This document shows positions 58,420-64,000 of a stretch of 64,000 nucleotides of DNA, piece after piece (position 1 is the first letter of the stretch; every line of letters begins with the position of its first letter). The notes under the pieces were generated by a model, which worked only from the letters and a program-made list of their open reading frames with translations, was not told the origin of the DNA and made no database searches. The stretch spans positions 3,299 to 67,298 of the forward strand of contig JAPLTX010000020.1 in the NCBI GenBank assembly GCA_026397915.1, read 5' to 3'. The DNA is from Verrucomicrobiota bacterium (GTDB lineage Bacteria; Verrucomicrobiota; Verrucomicrobiia; CAIQCK01). The position numbers and the translations under genes are program-made.

Positions 58420-59976
58420 GTGAGGTTCTCTTGGCGCACAATCGGATTGGTGATTGCGGCGGCAGCTCTTGTCGCGGCGGCGGTCTGGTTTTGGCCGCGC
58501 CGGGTGATGAGTGGCGCTGACTTCTTGCCGGCCACCACGCCGATCTTTGCGCAAGTCTCCAACGTCACCGCCACGACCGCACGCTGGGCGCAGACGCCGG
58601 CGGCAGCGGCGGTGGCGAAACTGCGGGAAAGCTCCTCCGCCAAGGGAGCGGGCGGGTTGATGACGAAACGCTGGAGCAACCTCCTCGATGTGGTTGTAGG
58701 CGGGGCGGCGCAGTTGGCGGATGGCGAGGTTTTCATGGCGCTCACCGGCCTGCAAACCTCGCCTCGGATCGCGCCACAGTTGGTGGTCGGCATCCAGTTC
58801 GGCGCTCGCGGCTCGCAGACGCGGGAGTGGGTCGGCCAACTCAAGCGTCAGTTGAAACGCGAGTTTCCGGCCACGGAATTCAGCGACCAGCGGTATTTCA
58901 AGACCGACTACCAGCAATGGAGGTTGGAGCCGGGCTTGGAAATCTGTGTCGCCATGCTGGGCGACCGCCTCATCCTCGCGCTTGGTGTTGCGCCGATGAT
59001 GGAGGTGATTGACCGTTACCGCGATTCTTCGCGCGAAACGTTGACCCGCAGCGGACCATTCCGCGCGATGCGCGCGCGACTGCCGGAGCGCGCCGACTGG
59101 ATGCTGGTGGCACAAACGGGGCCGCTGACGCGGGCGCTCGATCCGTTTTTGCAGTGGATGCCGCAACTGCAAACGCTCGCGAAGCCGCTGGCACAACTCG
59201 ACGCCATTGGCGCGGCGCAGGTTTTTGATGGCAACCAGATCTGGGACTCCGTAACGGTGGCGCACAAAGTTCCCGCCAACCAACCGCTCAGTCATTTCAA
59301 GCCGGCGCTGCTGGAGCGTTTGCCGGCGTCTTGCGTCACCTGCGCGATGGCCGACGTGCCAGCCGGCGAAGTCTATAACTTCATCATTCGGACGGCGCTC
59401 GCATTAGGCCATCGGGAATGGATGAAGGTGCTGACGCTTTTCGAAACCGGCTGGACTGTGCAACAAACCGATTTTGCCCACGATGTGCTCGGCACGCTCG
59501 GCACGCCGACCGCAGTGGCGTTGGATTGGCCGGAGGGCCAGCGCCGGTTGGCCGTGCTGTTCGGCGCGCCGTTGCAGAAACCCGGTCATCTGGCCGATGT
59601 CATGCGTCGGTTTAATAACGCGCAGCAACTGCCGCCGCTCCGCTGGCGTGTTGTCAATGGCTGGTTGTGGTTGTCGTCCTCGACGGAGTCGCTGGATCGC
59701 ATCAGCCAGACCGCGCAAGGCACCGCGCCGGCGTTGCGGGCTGGGATGCAAGGGCAGGCAGCTCTTGCGACGAACGGCGGATGGTGGTGGTTCTTTGCGG
59801 ACACCGCGCGGTTGACGGCGACGTTCGGCATTTCAGCGGCGAAGCAACCGTTGCTGACCAGTGTAGTCCGCCGTGGCCGTTTTGACGAAGCCACAGCTGT
59901 CTCACCATTGGGCAGCATCGTAAGCGCCTGGCTCGCCTTCGAGGCGACGGATCGCCCGCCTGAGGTAAAAAAATAA
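58420..59976 (+). CDS. Membrane-anchored hypothetical protein
   Basis: N-terminal TM helix (IGLVIAAAALVAAAVWFW), then a 490-aa soluble region with no recognisable motif. Confidence 0.5.
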   Translation: MRFSWRTIGLVIAAAALVAAAVWFWPRRVMSGADFLPATTPIFAQVSNVTATTARWAQTPAAAAVAKLRESSSAKGAGGLMTKRWSNLLDVVVGGAAQLADGEVFMALTGLQTSPRIAPQLVVGIQFGARGSQTREWVGQLKRQLKREFPATEFSDQRYFKTDYQQWRLEPGLEICVAMLGDRLILALGVAPMMEVIDRYRDSSRETLTRSGPFRAMRARLPERADWMLVAQTGPLTRALDPFLQWMPQLQTLAKPLAQLDAIGAAQVFDGNQIWDSVTVAHKVPANQPLSHFKPALLERLPASCVTCAMADVPAGEVYNFIIRTALALGHREWMKVLTLFETGWTVQQTDFAHDVLGTLGTPTAVALDWPEGQRRLAVLFGAPLQKPGHLADVMRRFNNAQQLPPLRWRVVNGWLWLSSSTESLDRISQTAQGTAPALRAGMQGQAALATNGGWWWFFADTARLTATFGISAAKQPLLTSVVRRGRFDEATAVSPLGSIVSAWLAFEATDRPPEVKK

Positions 59977-59987
59977 TCTGCGAGCAG

Positions 59988-60533
59988 CTACCGCACCACG
60001 AGCAGGCTTTCCCGGCCGCTGCTTTCGGTGCCTACCTTGCGGCGGAGGAAATCGAGAATTTCGGTTTCCAGCCGGCTACAGGAGATGCTCCAGTTTTTCC
60101 TGCCGGTGAGAAGCTTTACACAGGGGCGCAGGCCGGTGAATTGGATGAACCGGGCAGGGTGACCGCGCAAGTCGCTCACGGTCTTTTCCAACTCCTTGAA
60201 AAACACCAGCTCGAAACCGTAGCCCGCCTGCACGGCAAGTTTGCGCAGGTCGGCTGAAAACGCCGCCGGCTTGTCGCTGTCAATGACCTCGCAGCAGCAC
60301 TCCAGCACGCGCTCGAGCACCTCGTTGAGCGCCGCTTCGTCCACGACGTCGCGGTCGAGGTCGGTGTGAAAGTAGTGCATCACCGCGTGGGCGATTTGTC
60401 GCGCCACCCACAGTTCGATCTTGCCGATGGTCGGGTGCCCGGTGATCTGATGGGCGAGTTGTTCCAGCGTCAGCGGCTCGCATTGGCCGCTTGCCCGCAC
60501 TATAAAAATGACATCTTCCCGCACGTCAATCAT
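59988..60533 (-). CDS. Hypothetical protein downstream of nrdR
   Basis: 181-aa intact ORF co-oriented with nrdR (34-nt gap); no recognisable motif. Confidence 0.45.
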   Translation of the reverse strand: MIDVREDVIFIVRASGQCEPLTLEQLAHQITGHPTIGKIELWVARQIAHAVMHYFHTDLDRDVVDEAALNEVLERVLECCCEVIDSDKPAAFSADLRKLAVQAGYGFELVFFKELEKTVSDLRGHPARFIQFTGLRPCVKLLTGRKNWSISCSRLETEILDFLRRKVGTESSGRESLLVVR

Positions 60534-60566
60534 GTTCGTCTCCTACCGCTCGCCTCGGCTCGCGGC

Positions 60567-61022
60567 TTAAGCTTTGTTGCTCATCTCTTGGATCGTGTGC
60601 ACAAACTCATTGATGTCGCGGAACTGGCGATAGACCGACGCAAACCGCACGTAAGCCACCTCGTCCAGATCGCTCAAGTGCTTCATCACTGCCTCGCCAA
60701 TGGCCGTTGCCGGCACTTCGCGGTCGTATTTGTTGCCGAGTTCCTCGACGATCTCCTCAACCGTCCGGTCAATCTGCTCGACGCTGACCGGCCGTTTCTC
60801 GCACGCTTTCAGGAGGCCGGCCGCAAGCTTCCGTCGGTCGAAATCTTCCCGCCGGCCGTCGCGCTTAACCACCAGCAACGTGGCGCGTTCTGTTTCTTCG
60901 TAAGTGGTAAAACGATGGCCGCAGCCCAGACACTCCCGCCGACGTCGGATCACGGCTCCGTCGCGCGACATCCTGGAGTCTATGACCTTGTCATCTACGT
61001 GCCGGCATTTAGGGCAGAGCAT
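60567..61022 (-). CDS. nrdR: Transcriptional repressor NrdR
   Basis: N-terminal zinc ribbon MLCPKCRHVDDKVIDSR…CLGCGHRFTTYE followed by an ATP-cone domain; 151 aa. Confidence 0.92.
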   Translation of the reverse strand: MLCPKCRHVDDKVIDSRMSRDGAVIRRRRECLGCGHRFTTYEETERATLLVVKRDGRREDFDRRKLAAGLLKACEKRPVSVEQIDRTVEEIVEELGNKYDREVPATAIGEAVMKHLSDLDEVAYVRFASVYRQFRDINEFVHTIQEMSNKA

Positions 61023-61120
61023 TAGTTAAACCTCTACGGGCTGTGGCTGTCCCGTGGCTAACATACAATCCGTTGGGCTGTCAAGGCTCTTTCCTATATT
61101 CCCGTGCTGTGCGGGGGCCA

Positions 61121-63853
61121 TCACCAGCCGCCGGTTTCTCCAGCAAACGCATACCACGCCACATACGCCCAGTCGCCGCCGTTGTTGCGTAGCATGACTC
61201 GGTGGCGGCCGGGCGGGACGGCAAACTCGAAGGTTTTGTCGTATTCGCGGGCCGAACTGTCGTTTTTGCCGTCGAGGTCGGGGAAGTCAACCGTTTGCGT
61301 GAGCGTGCCGTCCATGAGGCATTCGAGCTTCGCGCCGAGCGTGGCGACGGCGCGGACATGGACGTTGAGCTTGCCACCACGCGGCATGTTCACGAGGAAC
61401 GTCGGCGGCTCGCGCAACGCGGCGTGGAGGTTGCCTTGCAGAAATGCCGGCAACGCCCACGCGTCGCGAACTGTGCCGTCCCGTTCGACTACGAATTCGC
61501 TTCGTTCCGGACGACCCCACTGTGCGGTGGGCACGGTTCGCAGACTGGCGATCTTCACTTCCGGCAACGCATCGTAGTCGAGAATGGCGACCGCATAGGC
61601 GTCAAGCGACGGCAGCGTAACAACAACACGGCCGTTTTTGATGCGCGTTTCACCTTGCTGCTCCCCGTCCCAGTCGGGCGAGACGATGCGGACAGCTTTG
61701 GGTGCGTTCGCCGTCGGCAGTGTGATCTCAACATTCGCGCGTCGGACCGGTTTCGTGTCTTTTGCCTGGCGATTGATGACGTGCAGCAGCAGTGCGGGCG
61801 GACCATCGCGCCGCCACAGTGCCGTGCTCAACAGCGGCGCGTTCGTTTCAATCGGCTCAAAACCGAGCAGCCGTGCGTCGAGGTAAAGCGCCTTGTTTCG
61901 TTGGTAAAACGCTGTCTGGCGCGCGACCTCGTGGATGGTGCCGTCGCGCAACGCGTCGTTGCCCATCGGCCCGTGCACGGGAAACGCGAAGAACGCGCCC
62001 GCCGCGTAGATCTCCGCGCCGCGCACGCGTATCCACAGTTCGCGGTTGGGTGGCGGGACTTCCATCCACGGAAAGCCGTTGAACCCCCAGTCGTGGAAGA
62101 AAACCACCGGGACGCGCTTGCCGGCCAACGCGCGGCCCGCGGCAACGGTCGAGGCCCAGTCGATGATCTGGTTCTCGGAGAGGTCCACTGCGCCGTCCTT
62201 CACGCGCCACAAGCCCCAGACGCCGAGCACCTGCAGGTCCACGTAGCGGGCGAGACCGTTGCCGCTGATGAGCACGCACCGGCCTTTGCTCGCGGCGTAA
62301 GAGCGGATGGCATCGGTCAGCCACTTCCACGCGCGGTCGTCGCGGTCGCGCCGGAACGCGTGCCATTCCACGGGCGGTTTTCCCGGCGCAGGCGGCTTGA
62401 AGCTGAGGCCGCGTTTTTCCAGCCAGGCGCGGTAATCGCGCAGCGAGTAATCGTCGAAGCCTTCGTTTGCTTGGAGCGCGGCGTTAATCTCGTCCATGAA
62501 CAGATAATCCGCGCCCGCGTCAATCTGCCGGCGGCACCACGAGAGCAGGTATTCAAGATAGGCGGGGTTCGACAGCGTGCCGTGGCGGCAGTTGCGTTCG
62601 GCCCAGGCGTCCACGAGCTTGCCATCCGGTCCGCGCGTGGCCATGTCGAGCACCTGCGTCTCGGTCAGGCCGTTCTCGCCGTGGTAAAGCGCGCTGCACG
62701 TGATGCCACCGCCGAAGAGCGCGCCGAGCGCGTGAGCTTTCGGCACGAGATGCGCCATCGCCGCATAGTCGCGCGCTTGGTTCCACTTGAACCACGCGCG
62801 AATCCAGCAATCCGATCCAGCCTTCGCGCCTGCGCGGATGCCGTAGTCGGCGTCCATCGTTTCGTGGACCGTATAGACGACTGCATCGCGGATGTCGGTG
62901 ACGGGTTGCTGCCGTCGCAGTGCCGCCGGGAAATTCGGCGCCGGCTTCAGCCATCGCGGGTCCGGCTCCGGCGCGACCGGGCGGAACTCGCGACGAAGCT
63001 CCTCACCGCGCGCGACAAGTCGCTCGACCTTGGCGGCCATCTGCGCCGGCTCGCTTTCAGTGAATGGTGCGAGCCACGCCCAGAGACCATTTGCTGTGGC
63101 GCGCGCTGGCGCGATAGCCGGGTAGAGAAACAAGCTTGTCGGTGTGTGACGCTGGACGAACGAACTGACGGGCTGCCAGTCCTCGGCGTAGCGAAGGAAG
63201 ACGACGCCGACGCCCGTGCCTGCGCCGGCTGCTCGTGCGATCACCGCTGGATGCCGGCGGCTGAGTCGTGCTGCCGTATCGCCGCGTTGTCCCCAAGCAG
63301 ACGCGCCGGCGAAGGCGTCGTTCCGGCCGAGCTTGGCAATCGTGCCGCCGCGAAACTCGTCCGGCTCGCGCCAGAAGGCGTAAGCGTTGAAGAGCGGCTC
63401 GTCGAGCGGCAGTCGAGGCATTGCCCAGCATCGGGCTTTGTCGGAAACAACCTTGCCGTCGAGCGCGAATCGGACGAGCACGCCTTCGTCCGCACAAATG
63501 AAGTGAAGCTGGAGAATCTGCCGCGGCTCAGGCGAGATCACGACCGTCATGCCAACGACGACGGCGTCACCACGGATAGTGTGTTCGACTCGCGCGAGAA
63601 GGCCGGCCGTCGTTTGCAGGCCGACGTCGTCCAGGACGGCAAACTCCGGCTCGGCAAACTTCCTCGCCACGCGCCGCCACGCGCCTTTGGCGTCGCGCAG
63701 TTCCAAATCGAACTCGCTGTTGTGGCGCTGGAACTTGGCGCGATAGCCCGGCGCGGTCACGCGCAGGTCCACCGGCGTTTGCTCGATTGACGGCGCGGCG
63801 CAGACGGCGGCCGCCAAGGCGGGTGCAACGACAAGCGAAGCTATCAGGCGCAT
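61121..63853 (-). CDS. Large secreted hypothetical protein, possibly glycoside-hydrolase-like
   Basis: Signal peptide MRLIASLVVAPALAAAVCAAPS; 910 aa; no confidently recognised catalytic motif. Confidence 0.55.
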   Translation of the reverse strand: MRLIASLVVAPALAAAVCAAPSIEQTPVDLRVTAPGYRAKFQRHNSEFDLELRDAKGAWRRVARKFAEPEFAVLDDVGLQTTAGLLARVEHTIRGDAVVVGMTVVISPEPRQILQLHFICADEGVLVRFALDGKVVSDKARCWAMPRLPLDEPLFNAYAFWREPDEFRGGTIAKLGRNDAFAGASAWGQRGDTAARLSRRHPAVIARAAGAGTGVGVVFLRYAEDWQPVSSFVQRHTPTSLFLYPAIAPARATANGLWAWLAPFTESEPAQMAAKVERLVARGEELRREFRPVAPEPDPRWLKPAPNFPAALRRQQPVTDIRDAVVYTVHETMDADYGIRAGAKAGSDCWIRAWFKWNQARDYAAMAHLVPKAHALGALFGGGITCSALYHGENGLTETQVLDMATRGPDGKLVDAWAERNCRHGTLSNPAYLEYLLSWCRRQIDAGADYLFMDEINAALQANEGFDDYSLRDYRAWLEKRGLSFKPPAPGKPPVEWHAFRRDRDDRAWKWLTDAIRSYAASKGRCVLISGNGLARYVDLQVLGVWGLWRVKDGAVDLSENQIIDWASTVAAGRALAGKRVPVVFFHDWGFNGFPWMEVPPPNRELWIRVRGAEIYAAGAFFAFPVHGPMGNDALRDGTIHEVARQTAFYQRNKALYLDARLLGFEPIETNAPLLSTALWRRDGPPALLLHVINRQAKDTKPVRRANVEITLPTANAPKAVRIVSPDWDGEQQGETRIKNGRVVVTLPSLDAYAVAILDYDALPEVKIASLRTVPTAQWGRPERSEFVVERDGTVRDAWALPAFLQGNLHAALREPPTFLVNMPRGGKLNVHVRAVATLGAKLECLMDGTLTQTVDFPDLDGKNDSSAREYDKTFEFAVPPGRHRVMLRNNGGDWAYVAWYAFAGETGGW

Positions 63854-64000
63854 GGGAGCATCATGCGACGGCGGTGACGCGCCGTCAAACCCGCTCGCGG
63901 TCGTGCTGGTGGCGAAAAAACCGCGCGCGTTGCTTTACACACCGCCTGCGTTCATATACGATGCCGCGCACTCCGGCGACGGAGTAACATTTTGGGTTTT

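Overview
This 64 kb window comes from a high-GC bacterial chromosome. The gene content (a Planctomycetes/Verrucomicrobia-type ECF sigma factor, a zinc-ribbon Ser/Thr kinase, PQQ beta-propellers, many signal-peptide proteins) looks PVC-like, but that assignment is inference. The backbone reads in order as follows. A suf Fe-S assembly operon (sufB' C D U T S) ends in a Fur-family regulator. It is followed by alpha-glucan phosphorylase, a PQQ-propeller protein, a Zn-ADH/SDR/URO-D-like catabolic trio, and a 1272-aa membrane Ser/Thr kinase. Downstream lie an S41 protease, an ECF sigma factor and an LTXXQ protein, then 6-phosphofructokinase. A minus-strand block of large secreted proteins (PQQ propeller, discoidin/GH-like, amidohydrolase) comes next. 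After it are rdgB, ald, a LytS/LytTR two-component system and a complete F-type ATP synthase operon (atpBEFHAGDC). The window ends with hisG, an unlisted 33-aa ribosomal protein bS22, a TPR protein, CsgG-like, cutA, HAD, mnmA, nrdR and a large secreted GH-like protein. Several accessory features stand out: (i) an ORF6N/KilA-N DNA-binding gene inserted between atpA and atpG with two near-identical 27-bp palindromes; (ii) a ~6 kb lower-GC island between atpC and hisG that carries a two-gene module with an Rx4H HEPN-like protein, phage-like repeat proteins, a long inverted repeat and a strictly 21-bp-phased array of 13 CATG-core repeats; (iii) a ~290-bp duplication of the kinase 3' end bracketing an acquired GNAT + CPBP-protease cassette and a frameshifted secreted-protein gene. 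No CRISPR array, rRNA or tRNA was recognised.
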